Origin: an uncultured Planctomycetota bacterium
Lineage (GTDB): Bacteria; Planctomycetota; Planctomycetia; Isosphaerales; Isosphaeraceae
Direction: 5' to 3'
DNA: 64,000 bases
Assembly (NCBI GenBank): GCA_963823665.1
Contig: CAWGMQ010000003.1
Span: 256,001-320,000 of the forward strand
Shown: piece by piece, positions 43,162 through 53,205 of the stretch
Numbering within the stretch: the first letter of the stretch is position 1
How the letters are laid out: every line of letters starts with the position of its first letter
Notes under the pieces: model-generated
Seen by the model: only the letters and a program-made list of their open reading frames with translations
What the model was told of the DNA's origin: nothing
Databases searched by the model: none
Position numbers and translations under genes: made by a program

Positions 43162-44661
43162 ATGTCGCATCCTGCACCAAGGCTCGAAGACGCCGTCATG
43201 ACGCGCCGCGAGCTGCTGACCCGCTCGGGTATGGGCATGGGGGCCGTGGCGCTTGCCGGCGTGCTTTCAGATGCCGGGTTGTTAACTCACGCCGCCCGCG
43301 CAGCGGCCGGCGACGGCGACAACCCGGCGGCCCGCCTGATCGCGGGCTCGATCAACGGACCAAGCCCGCTGCTCCCCAAAGGGCCCCCGCTCCGCGCTCG
43401 TGCCAAGCGCGTCGTGCATCTGTTCATGAACGGCGGGCCGTCGCACGTCGATACATTTGATCCCAAGACGATGCTTGACCGCCACAATGGCAAGCCGGTG
43501 CCCACGAATCTGCCCACCGAGCGCAAGACCGGCGCCGCGATGGGCTCACCGTTCAAGTTCAAGAAGTACGGGCAGAGCGGGATTGAAGTCAGCGACCTTT
43601 TTGCCCACACGGCCGGAATGATCGACGAGATCTGCGTGATTCGCTCGATGCACGCTGATGTTCCCAATCATGAGCCGTCGCTCATGCTCATGAACTGCGG
43701 CGAAGCGCGGCAGGCGCGGCCGTGCGTCGGCTCGTGGGTTCTCTATGGCCTGGGTACGGAGAATCAGAACCTGCCCGGGTTCGTCGTGATGTGCCCAGGC
43801 GGGTTTCCGATCGCCGAGTCGCAGAACTGGCAGTCGGCCTTTCTGCCCGGGATCTTTCAGGGAACCTATGTCGACAGCAGGCACACCGAGATCGACAAGC
43901 TGATCGCGCACATCCGCAATCACGGCGTCGGGCCCAAGGCCCAGCGCGCCCAGCTCGACTTGCTCGGCGAGCTCAACCGGCGCCATCTCGACAAGAGCGG
44001 CCACGAGCCCGAGCTCGAGGCGCGAATTCAGTCGTTCGAGCTGGCCTACCGGATGCAGTCGGAAGCGGCCGATGCCTTCGACGTCAACCAAGAGCCCGAG
44101 ATGATCCGCAGGATGTACGGACCCGGCGTCCACGCGCGACAGCTTCTGGCGACCAGGCGGTTGCTCGAGCGCGGGGTGCGGTTCGTCCAGCTCTGGCACG
44201 GCGACGGCCAGCCCTGGGACCACCACGACGATCTGGCCACTGGCCACCGCGAGCTCGCCACCCAGTGCGACCGGCCGATCGCCGCGTTCCTTGCCGACCT
44301 CAAGATGCGCGGAATGCTTGACGACACCCTGGTGATCTGGGGCGGCGAGTTCGGCCGTACGCCGACTGTCGAGCTGCCCACCCCTGGCTCAAATCAGGGA
44401 AAAATGAACGGCCGCGACCATAACCACTACGGTTTCACGATGTGGCTGGCTGGCGGCGGCGTGAAGGGGGGATACGTCCACGGCGCCACCGACGACCTCG
44501 GCTTTCAGGCCGTGGACAAGAAGGTGCACGTCCACGATTTGCACGCGACGCTGCTTTACCTGCTGGGATTCGACCACGAGCGCTTCACGTTTCGCCACGC
44601 CGGCAGAGACTTCCGCCTGACCGACGTGCACGGAACGGTCGTGAAGGACATCATCGCCTGA
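43162..44661 (+). CDS. DUF1501 domain protein (Tat-exported)
   Basis: TRRELL Tat motif; HLFMNGGPSHVDTFDPK, GEFGRTP, GRDHNH, VHVHDLHATLL. Confidence 0.93.
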   Translation: MSHPAPRLEDAVMTRRELLTRSGMGMGAVALAGVLSDAGLLTHAARAAAGDGDNPAARLIAGSINGPSPLLPKGPPLRARAKRVVHLFMNGGPSHVDTFDPKTMLDRHNGKPVPTNLPTERKTGAAMGSPFKFKKYGQSGIEVSDLFAHTAGMIDEICVIRSMHADVPNHEPSLMLMNCGEARQARPCVGSWVLYGLGTENQNLPGFVVMCPGGFPIAESQNWQSAFLPGIFQGTYVDSRHTEIDKLIAHIRNHGVGPKAQRAQLDLLGELNRRHLDKSGHEPELEARIQSFELAYRMQSEAADAFDVNQEPEMIRRMYGPGVHARQLLATRRLLERGVRFVQLWHGDGQPWDHHDDLATGHRELATQCDRPIAAFLADLKMRGMLDDTLVIWGGEFGRTPTVELPTPGSNQGKMNGRDHNHYGFTMWLAGGGVKGGYVHGATDDLGFQAVDKKVHVHDLHATLLYLLGFDHERFTFRHAGRDFRLTDVHGTVVKDIIA

Positions 44662-46411
44662 AGAGCCAGGCGAGGGATTTCGGCAGAGATCGCGGCCAGA
44701 TTCCGGCCTTTCTCAGGCTGATCGCCCCGGCGACGATGAAGAAGAGAAGCCCGCAGGCGATTTGATCCAACCCGACCAGGATGCGGCGAAGCTGCTTGTA
44801 ATTCGGGGCGCCCGACTGTGCGAGCCACGCCGCCAGGCCCGCGGCCGCCACTGCGACATAGCGCCGGTCGCGCAAGCGGAATCCATAGGCAATCCCCACG
44901 CCCGTGATCGCCGCCACATAGATTGGAACACCGTTCGGAGTCAGCGCATCGACCAGCGGCTCATAACCGAGTACCGCAAAGAGTTGAAGCACCAGGAGTG
45001 CAAAACAAGCCCATGTCCTCGCGAACCTCGCAGCTATGTCATCCGGGACTGCGCCCACGGCCATGAAGGTGACGACGATCAAGTGAGCGGCCACCAGGAA
45101 TGAATCGACTTCTGGCCAGATGATCGTGCAAGAACGCGCGATGGCAATTGAGAGCGCGGTTCCCGACAGGAGCGCCTCAATCGTGTCCCGCCGGCGCCAG
45201 GCGAGCCGCGCCAACACCAGACCCGGCGGCGACCAGCGGTAGTGGTCGGGCGCGACGAGCGCGTCGAAATCGAGCGAGTTTCGCCCAATCGCCGACAGCA
45301 AGGCCAGTGACACCCACAGAAAATCCCAGGCCGCCGGCACGCGCCGGATCACCGCGTAAAACTGGAACAGCACCACCGCAACGGCGGCGAGATAGAACGG
45401 CGTGCCCCCGAGCGTGTTGCGGAACTCAGTCCAGAAGCTCAAGTAGACCGGCTCGTAACGGTGGCCGGTCGTGGCGACGTACGCGAGCAAGAACGGCACA
45501 ACCGACGCCGCGATCATGACACCGCGCCGCCGACCGGCAATCCCGATCTCAAGCCAGATGAGGCTCACGGCCAGCCCGACCGGAACAAGGAAATATGGCG
45601 CGAAGATGGTGCGGCTGCCGTTGACGTAGTGAAACGACATACAGAGCGAGTAGCTCCGGACCGCGAGCCCGCCGGCCATGATCAGGAAGAGCGACCACGG
45701 ATACAGCGGCCACCGCCAGGGGCTGCCGTTCTTGGCGACGTAGGCCGCACCGCCTCTCGCCGCCGGCACGAGCAACAGAAGCACAAGTGTAGCCAGAGGC
45801 GAAAAGCCGAAGAGCGCCCACTGAAGCCGCGGGCTCTCCGGCTCGTTCAAGAGCGGCACCAGAGCAATCGGGTAGAGAAATACGAGGGCGAGAATTGCGT
45901 GATATGCGGCACGATACCAGCCAGGCAGCCTCAATCGAATCGTGTGCAGAACGATCTCGCTCAAGACGACGGCGAAGCAGAACCCGATCAGATATCCGAT
46001 CGCACCGCGGAGCGAGTCTGCCGCCATCTTGTCATCACCGCTGGTCGCGATCGCCAGGAACATCATGACGATCAGGAGCAACAAGCTGCGCAGGTCGTCC
46101 CAGAGTTTTCCCACCCGGATCAAGAAACAAGCTGTCGTGGCCAGGAGCAGCGTGTAGCCCGCGAGGCTCATTCCCAGCGCCCACGGGTACGCGGCCGGCC
46201 CGCGTGGGCCGAACGAGATCCGCAGTCCGACGAAGACCAGGTCGGCACTCAGGATGTAGAACGGGTTGCTCGAATACAAGAATCGAACAAACCCCCGCGC
46301 CGGCTGGGCCAGAATCGCGCCGGCTGGCTGCGGCAAGCAGTCCGATGCCGGGGCAGTCTGTCCGGTTCCTTGCTCGGGCAAGAGTTCTTCAAGATTGCGC
46401 GCACTATCCAC
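44651..46411 (-). CDS. Polytopic membrane protein of unknown function
   Basis: NPFYILSA, WDDLRSLLL, WRWPLYPWSLF; many TM helices. Confidence 0.75.
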   Translation of the reverse strand: MDSARNLEELLPEQGTGQTAPASDCLPQPAGAILAQPARGFVRFLYSSNPFYILSADLVFVGLRISFGPRGPAAYPWALGMSLAGYTLLLATTACFLIRVGKLWDDLRSLLLLIVMMFLAIATSGDDKMAADSLRGAIGYLIGFCFAVVLSEIVLHTIRLRLPGWYRAAYHAILALVFLYPIALVPLLNEPESPRLQWALFGFSPLATLVLLLLVPAARGGAAYVAKNGSPWRWPLYPWSLFLIMAGGLAVRSYSLCMSFHYVNGSRTIFAPYFLVPVGLAVSLIWLEIGIAGRRRGVMIAASVVPFLLAYVATTGHRYEPVYLSFWTEFRNTLGGTPFYLAAVAVVLFQFYAVIRRVPAAWDFLWVSLALLSAIGRNSLDFDALVAPDHYRWSPPGLVLARLAWRRRDTIEALLSGTALSIAIARSCTIIWPEVDSFLVAAHLIVVTFMAVGAVPDDIAARFARTWACFALLVLQLFAVLGYEPLVDALTPNGVPIYVAAITGVGIAYGFRLRDRRYVAVAAAGLAAWLAQSGAPNYKQLRRILVGLDQIACGLLFFIVAGAISLRKAGIWPRSLPKSLAWLFRR

Positions 46412-46600
46412 CGTGCACCTCCTCGACTTGAAAATCGACGGGATGAAGAACGCGTCCGACTTGACGTGTCACGACCACGCAGCGATCGGCCCGAGAATGA
46501 GACAGGATCCGGATCGATCGCGGCAGCAGACTTGATTATCAACATGTACGACAAATGTCGCAAGAGGTGACGCGGAACAAACTGAAAGCGCGGCAACCAC

Positions 46601-46655
46601 GCGGGGCGGCTCCCGAATTCCGGAGGCTTCGTCTCCGGGGTCGGGGCAGCCCTAC
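46601..46655. repeat. Long intergenic hairpin, degenerate GTAG-REP-like
   Basis: GCGGGGCGGCTCCCGA..CCGGAGGC-TTC-GTCTCCGG..TCGGGGCAGCCCTAC. Confidence 0.55.
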
Positions 46656-46700
46656 GGGGTTTGGCTGGTTGGCAAGGTCTCGCGGTCCGCGCCGGCGGTC

Positions 46701-49589
46701 TCAGGAAATCGCCGCGCCGTTCAACATGTAGTTGGTAGGTGCGGTGGGATGCCCGGGCGAGGCGTTGAAGCCGATGGTCACGCTTTGGCCGGGGTTGATC
46801 ACGGCGTTGTACGAAGCGTTCACGATCGAGAACTGATTGCCGGTCTGGCTCATGATGCTTGCGTTCCAGATCGAGCTGATCGTTCCCACGAAATCGAACG
46901 CGAGCGTCCAGCCACTGATCGGCGAGCTGCCCGTGTTCGTGAGTGTCAGACTGCCGGTGAAGCCGGTTCCCCAGTCGTCCGTGTCCGCAAAGGTGACCGT
47001 GGCCGACGGGGTATTGCTCGGCGGCGGAGGCGCCGAGCCGCTAGTCGTTCCGTTCACGACGTAGTTCGACGGTGCCACCGGCGCACCGCCGGGGCCGCCC
47101 AGGAACCCGAACGTAACACTCTGGCCCGGGGCGATCGAGCTGTTGTATCCGGCATTCTGGATCACGTAATGCGAGCCGGAGTGGCTCTGGACCGTCGCAT
47201 CCCAGATCTGGGTGATCGCGGCCGCGAAGTTGAACTGCAACGACCAGTTGGTGATGCTCGTCGTGCCCGTGTTCGTGATCGTGATGCTCGCCTGGAACCC
47301 CGTGCTCCAGGAATTCACAAGCGAGTACGCCACGGTCGAGCTGGTGGTCGGCGGCGCCAGTACGGTTACGCTCCCCGTGCCGGAAACGGCGCCGCTCGTG
47401 GCGCGCACCGTGGCCGAGGCCGCCGCGCTCGGTGCGGTGTAGAGGCCGCTGGTTGAAACGATGGCGCCCGAGCCGCTCGAGACGGACCATGTCAGGGCCG
47501 GCTGCGTGCTCATCGGGTTGCCGAACTGGTCGTCCGCGACGCCCGAGAATTGCTGCTGGCCGCCCGCGGCGAGCGTCACGGTGGCGGGCGAGACCTGGAT
47601 CGAGCTGAGCGACTGATTGACGGTGACCGTCACGCTGCTCGTCGCGATGTAACCGCCGGGGTCGGAAACGGTCACCTGAAAGCTGTACGTGCCCGCTTTC
47701 GAGAACGTCGCGGTGGTGCTCGACGCAGTATTAGTGCCGTTGGTGCTGTATGCGACCGCAGCCGGAGGCGTGCCGGTCGTCGTCCAGGTGTAGATCAGGC
47801 CAGTCGTTCCGGAGGGGTCCGTGGCAGTCACCGAAAGCACTGTCGTCTTGCCCGTGACGGGGCTGGGCGACGCGGAGGCCGCTTTCGTGATCGTTGGCCC
47901 GGCCGTGCCGCTGGGCGCTCTGCCCAGGTCGAGCACCGTCATCGAGTAGGCCGGGAATGAGTAGCTAAACGTCGACCCATTCACGGTGAGACTGGCGGTG
48001 AAGTTCGCCAGCGCCGATGCGCCGGTGGTCGTCTGGCTCTGAGCCGTGTCCTGCGTCTCGCCGTATTGCCAGACCGTGGCCTGTGCCGCCGGATCGAAGT
48101 TCGCGAGCTGGAAGGCGCCGGTGAGTGCGCTTGTTGCACTCTTGTTGACGACCAAGAGGTCGAGATGACCGTCGGGCTCAACGACCGCATAAGCCGTGAG
48201 GTTGGGATCACTGCTCGAGGCCTGCACGACGTTGCCGCCGGACTGGATGATCTTGGAGGCGAGCTCCTCGGCGAAGTAGGTCGGGTAAGGTACGTACGGA
48301 CCTGAATCCGGCGCCGTTCCACCGGGACTGCCGATCAGGCCGTAGTCGCCCCCGTCGCGCCAGCCGTAGAGACTCGACGAATCATTGCCGCCGGTCGAGT
48401 AGCCGTTGCGAAGATCCCAGAAATCGGATGCGTCGTAGGGAGTTTCGAGCATCGCGCCCAGCGAGTCAGCCAGGAACAGCCCGTTGACCAAGCTGGTCGT
48501 CTGCTTTCCCGGGTCCGAGTACACCGAGTTGTACTCCGTCGCAAAAAGCTGAACCTTGCTCGCGGCGGCGGCACCGAGATACTTCGTGAGGTCGCTTTCG
48601 TAGTCGGCCGCGCGCTGGGCCCAATCATATGGGTTGCCCGGGTCCGAGGGATCGGTGTTCGTGCCGCTGACGGTGTCGAGCAAGAGGTTGGAATCGCTTT
48701 CACTTCCCGGAGCTTGCACATAGTTGTGGTCGCTCAGGAACCCGATCGTGGCCCCCTGGCTGGCTGCCTGCTGCAGGATGTTGCCGATCCAGTTGTTGAA
48801 GTCGGTTCCGGGGCTCTGCACGTCGACTCCAACCGAAATTGACGGGTCGATCGTCGCCGCGAGCGTCTCGAACTGCTTCATGAACGCGATGTACGTCGCA
48901 GGATCATGCTGCACCATATGGTGGTCGATTTCCCAGCTTCCGTACTCTTCATTGCCGACTTCCCAGTAGGGCACGTTGAAGGGTGCCGGATGATTCAGGC
49001 GCAGGAAGTTCAGCCCGTCGTCCTGGGCCAGCGGAGCCGCCGCCCGCAAGCTCGCCCAGTAGCCGGCCGTCTCCCAGTTGACCGTCTGCCAACTGTTCGT
49101 CGAGTCATTCCACTCCTGGCCGTCGCCGATTTGCGTGGTGTTGCCAACCGGCGCCTCCAGGTAAGCCAGAAACGCTGCAGCTTCCTGCGGGCTGCCGGAG
49201 CCGTAGTCGATTGTCGCCAGCCCGACGCCGTTCACCGAGCTGATGAAGCTCGCCATGCTCCCGTCCGTGCCCTCACCGTTATACGTCGGGGGCGCGTTGA
49301 AGTGAAAATCATCCGAGCTCGAACCGCCGGGGAAACGGAACATCGTGAGGCCGGCCGCCTGCACCATCTGCTGCGTCTGCGGTGTGTTCAGCACCGAGTC
49401 GTACCAGGCCACATTCACTCCCAGGAGCTGGGTGTCGACGGCCCGCACGACGGTGGCAGCATTGATGCTGATCGTGGCCAGAAGCGCACGATCTTCGAGG
49501 CCCTCAATGCCCAAGGCGCAGCGCCTCTTCCGTGGCCCCAACCCCAGCCGAAACGCCCGCGGCATCTGCCGATTCTTGAGAACGCTCAT
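46701..49589 (-). CDS. Secreted clan GH-A glycoside hydrolase (GH51/GH79-like) with Ig-like domains and two CBM2 modules
   Basis: LEDRALLA motif; RFPGGS, WEVGNEEYG (acid/base), ATEYN (nucleophile); two W.TGF...ITNTG...W CBM2 repeats. Confidence 0.85.
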   Translation of the reverse strand: MSVLKNRQMPRAFRLGLGPRKRRCALGIEGLEDRALLATISINAATVVRAVDTQLLGVNVAWYDSVLNTPQTQQMVQAAGLTMFRFPGGSSSDDFHFNAPPTYNGEGTDGSMASFISSVNGVGLATIDYGSGSPQEAAAFLAYLEAPVGNTTQIGDGQEWNDSTNSWQTVNWETAGYWASLRAAAPLAQDDGLNFLRLNHPAPFNVPYWEVGNEEYGSWEIDHHMVQHDPATYIAFMKQFETLAATIDPSISVGVDVQSPGTDFNNWIGNILQQAASQGATIGFLSDHNYVQAPGSESDSNLLLDTVSGTNTDPSDPGNPYDWAQRAADYESDLTKYLGAAAASKVQLFATEYNSVYSDPGKQTTSLVNGLFLADSLGAMLETPYDASDFWDLRNGYSTGGNDSSSLYGWRDGGDYGLIGSPGGTAPDSGPYVPYPTYFAEELASKIIQSGGNVVQASSSDPNLTAYAVVEPDGHLDLLVVNKSATSALTGAFQLANFDPAAQATVWQYGETQDTAQSQTTTGASALANFTASLTVNGSTFSYSFPAYSMTVLDLGRAPSGTAGPTITKAASASPSPVTGKTTVLSVTATDPSGTTGLIYTWTTTGTPPAAVAYSTNGTNTASSTTATFSKAGTYSFQVTVSDPGGYIATSSVTVTVNQSLSSIQVSPATVTLAAGGQQQFSGVADDQFGNPMSTQPALTWSVSSGSGAIVSTSGLYTAPSAAASATVRATSGAVSGTGSVTVLAPPTTSSTVAYSLVNSWSTGFQASITITNTGTTSITNWSLQFNFAAAITQIWDATVQSHSGSHYVIQNAGYNSSIAPGQSVTFGFLGGPGGAPVAPSNYVVNGTTSGSAPPPPSNTPSATVTFADTDDWGTGFTGSLTLTNTGSSPISGWTLAFDFVGTISSIWNASIMSQTGNQFSIVNASYNAVINPGQSVTIGFNASPGHPTAPTNYMLNGAAIS

Positions 49590-50092
49590 CCAAGTCCTCC
49601 CGTTGTCAAGCGACGGAGGAAAGCCCACCCGGCGAGCGCACAGTCCGCACGGCCGGGCCACAAGGGCCATCCTTGTCAAAACGTACTGTGGCTTCGATCT
49701 GTTGATCCTCAGCGATGAGCCGTTTCCCGGTCCCGGGTGACGGCGCTATCCACGACATCTGTCAAAGAAGCCAGAGCTCAAACCAACGACGATTCGAAGT
49801 GCGAAAGACCGAAACACGCCGGACACGGCAAAATCATTCGCTGTGCCGGCAAATCTCTGATGCGACGTGGTCTTCAACGCTCAAAATACGACACATCCAC
49901 CCAATCGTGACTCAATGTGTTCACAATTGAGCGGAACGGATCGTTAGCGACCATCCGATTCGGCGGAGGTCGTGATATTACATCAAACGCAGCATGTACT
50001 TGCGATCGCAAGAGATGGCTTGAGAAAGTGGGAGCCACGGGCTGGTGTAAAGGAAGCAAGCGTACAGTCACACCTGCGATGGTCCGCAGCAC

Positions 50093-50155
50093 GTGGGGTG
50101 GGTGCAACCCACCGGCCGTAATGCTATATCGGATGGTGGGTTACACCCACCCTAC
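50093..50155. repeat. Inverted GTAG-family REP doublet
   Basis: GTGGGGTGGGTGCAACCCACC ... GGTGGGTTACACCCACCCTAC. Confidence 0.8.
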
Positions 50156-50263
50156 CGAGAGACCCGGCTGGGCGGTTGCATTCGAAGGGGGTGCAGGAGC
50201 GTCCCTTTCGTTTGAGCCAGGCCGCAGCAACGGCGAACGTGGAAAAGTGTGCGACACCTTTTG

Positions 50264-51919
50264 TCACTTCGGCGAGCCCGGCCATGCGGCGAGGACGGCT
50301 TCGTCGAGCGTGGGGTGGCATTCGACCAGCATGGTCAGCCTGACCTGGTGCAAAACGGCCATGACCCGCGCGGGCGTTTGACAGAGCCGCAAGGCGCCGC
50401 CAGCACGGTCGAGACGGAAGTGGTGGGCAAGCAGTACACCGATTGCCTGCGCGTTCAGGTGGCGGACAAATTCCAGGTTGAGCACCACCTGGCGCGGCAT
50501 GGGCTGCTCGAAAAGGTAGTGGAAATAGGAGCGCAAGTGCTCGATTGCGTCGGGGTCGTCGAGCTCACCCGTTCGGGGAGTGACAACGAGCACATCCTGG
50601 ATGATTTCGTGCTTGATGCGATCTTCCGCGGGATCTTGCTCGGAGCCGAGGTCAGCGGTTGTGGGAAATGAAATCGTCTGCTGGCTTTCACCGTGATAGG
50701 GTTGTGAGACGGTGCCTTCTCCCTGAAGCCAACCGGCGATCATCTTCTCGACGGGGCCGGTGGGGGCCTTGTCGTGGCCGATCGTCAGCGTGCAGACGGC
50801 CGGGCCGACCTGGACGCGGGCTCCGTCGTGAATTTCAACCTCGGCCTCCCGCAACGTGCGGCCGTCGACGATCGTGCCGTTGGTGCTGCCTGAGTCGCGG
50901 ACGAAGACCTTGCCGTCCCGGAGCTCGATCGCGGCGTGCAGTTTGCTGACCATGGCGGAGCCGAGCCGCAAGTGGCAGTCTCGATCGCGGCCAATCACGA
51001 ATCGCGGGCCGTAGATGGCAATCTCACGGCCTTTGGCCATACCGATCTGAACCCGCAGCCAGACGCTGCATTCGTTTGACGGAGGGGGCAAGGTTGAGCC
51101 GTCAAGAAACGACTCGTCTTCGATGGAGGCGAGCGGGTTGAGATCCGCCGCCTCGGAGGGTGCACCGCCGGAAATCGGCAAGATGTCGGCGGCCCGCGTC
51201 AGCGCGCTCAAGATCTCGACCGGCAGCGGCCGCGGACCGGAGCATGCCGGCCACGGGCTTTCGATCGCGGCGGCCTCGTTTTCGTAGATCGAAACGCCGA
51301 GCCCGACCCCGGCAATCGGAAACATCCGCGCGAGCGACGACGGAAGACCGCAAACCTTGAGCGCGCCGCCGTCGCCCGCGGCACATCTCCTGCCTGCTAC
51401 GTGCACGACGAAAGCCATCCAGCTCGCCAGACGCTCGATCGCCTGAAAGTTCAAGACGACGCGATGATTGCCCGCCGCGATCAAGTCGAGAAGATCGCGG
51501 GCCAGCTCGCGAATTTGAGACTCCTTGACGAGTGCCTTTTCCAGCAGCCGGACGATCGTGATTCCACGCTTGTATGCAACTTGAAAACATTTCCATGAAT
51601 CGAGAGTCGAGGCGCCGGAAGACTGTCGGCCCGTTGCCTTGGGTTTGCGCTTGAGCCCCGGCAAGTTTTCGATGATTTTGGACCAAGGGCTCGCTGATTT
51701 GGGCGCGGACAGCTCTCCCAGATCAAGATGGCTCGCGATCCACTCTTCCATTCGCCGATCATCGTGTTGAGATTGGTTGGCTGGCCCGGCCAGGAGACCC
51801 ATCCGCTCCGAAAGTAGCGACGTGCGGGGCGCCGACTCAGCACGCTTCGCGAGCCGAGCATCCGCCAGGGCAGCCTCGTCCGCGTCCGCCAGCGCGATTG
51901 TAAATTCTTCGTATTTCAT
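50264..51919 (-). CDS. STAS-FHA-STAS signalling protein
   Basis: VVLNFQAIERLAS..GALKVCGL; FVIGRD..VSKLHA..DSGSTNGT (FHA); VVLNLEFVRHL..GALRLC. Confidence 0.85.
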   Translation of the reverse strand: MKYEEFTIALADADEAALADARLAKRAESAPRTSLLSERMGLLAGPANQSQHDDRRMEEWIASHLDLGELSAPKSASPWSKIIENLPGLKRKPKATGRQSSGASTLDSWKCFQVAYKRGITIVRLLEKALVKESQIRELARDLLDLIAAGNHRVVLNFQAIERLASWMAFVVHVAGRRCAAGDGGALKVCGLPSSLARMFPIAGVGLGVSIYENEAAAIESPWPACSGPRPLPVEILSALTRAADILPISGGAPSEAADLNPLASIEDESFLDGSTLPPPSNECSVWLRVQIGMAKGREIAIYGPRFVIGRDRDCHLRLGSAMVSKLHAAIELRDGKVFVRDSGSTNGTIVDGRTLREAEVEIHDGARVQVGPAVCTLTIGHDKAPTGPVEKMIAGWLQGEGTVSQPYHGESQQTISFPTTADLGSEQDPAEDRIKHEIIQDVLVVTPRTGELDDPDAIEHLRSYFHYLFEQPMPRQVVLNLEFVRHLNAQAIGVLLAHHFRLDRAGGALRLCQTPARVMAVLHQVRLTMLVECHPTLDEAVLAAWPGSPK

Positions 51920-52147
51920 GAATCCGATTCACCCATTCTCGCCAGTCATCGGCACACGTGGGCAGACTTAACCGATCAAAACGTAACACAATTCACTGCT
52001 GCGTCCCCCCTTTCCTCAGTAGGCGACAAGTGCGGCGAAAACGGCCCGTTCTCCGCGATTTGGAAGCGGAACCCCGTGGCGGGAAGAAACTTTGGGGAAA
52101 TCGGCAGAATGGCAGGCCGAATCGCGTGCTGATGACGCCTATCTTGA

Positions 52148-53018
52148 TTACGCATCCCGCCGAGCGGTGTCGACCGAAGCAGGCAGAATCTCTCGCACGG
52201 ATGCCTCAATCTTGGCGCAGTAGTGTTCCAGAGGAAGGTTGTCTCCGCTCACGCGGAACGGCTCTTCGATTTCTTCGGCCACCATCTCGATGCCGAGCAG
52301 GAAGTAGGCCGCGAGCAGAAACAATGGGAAGCTCGAGGGACCAACGTCTTCCATGAGGTAGAACGGCGAGATCAGCACATAAACTGCGATCCCGTGGCGA
52401 AGCAGCGCGCGATATGACGAAGAAATCGGCGTGTACCGGATGCGCTCGCACGCGCCGCAGACATCCATGAAGCTCTTGACGTGGCCGTCCAGCCAGAGCA
52501 GTGAAAACCCGTCGAGCACGCCGGACTGGCGCAAACGAACCAGGGTTCCGTAAAGGTCGCCGGCGACTCGCGAGGGTGCGTGTTCCCGTTCCTTGAGCGC
52601 AGCCGGATCGGGCAACTGCTCGTTTGCGGGGCTCTTGCTCCGGAGGCTCTGCTCGAGCGCGAGGGCAAAACCGATGACGAGTGTGGCGATTTCCTGGCGC
52701 TCGGGCGCACGGCGCCAGGAGTGCGCGCACCTTCAAGCACAAGTTGCGGCTGTCGTTGACGAGCTGGCCCCAGAGCTTCCGGGCTTCCCACCAGCGGTCG
52801 TATGCGTGGTTGTTGCGAAACGCGATCAAGAAGCCGAGGACCACCCCGTTCAGAACGGTTGACTCAGCGCCCCAGTCGATGTGAGGCAGGTGCTCGAGCT
52901 CGACAAGCGCGTAGACCATCCAGCCGTAGACGGCGAGCAGGACGACGAAGACCAAGAGCTTCCGCTTGATCAATAGCGGCGGAAAGAGCCGGCGAATCAT
53001 GAACAGGAAGGGTGCCAT
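52148..53018 (-). CDS. Bestrophin-family ion channel (frameshift near 52700)
   Basis: LIAFRNNHAYDRWWEARKLWGQLVNDSRN, GACERIRYTP, EEIEEPF, DNLPLE. Confidence 0.9.
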
Positions 53019-53205
53019 GTGCGGTTTGAACCTCGATCCACTTTTCGTCAACTTCCGTCGCTAGGGCGGGCCGGTGACGCTACACTCTAACTAGATTACG
53101 AAGCGAACGCGCCCGCCTGCGAGGCAAAAGCCGGGCGGCGGGTGGATCGCGTCGCGACGGCTGCACCGGACGCCAAGCTCCAAAGTGTGATTGCGAGTAA
53201 ATTGA

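Noticed and set aside
49820..49870. c-di-GMP-I riboswitch-like GGCAAAATCATTCG upstream of the glycoside hydrolase
   Set aside because: Wrong strand for that gene, and it lacks the GNRA loop and second stem.
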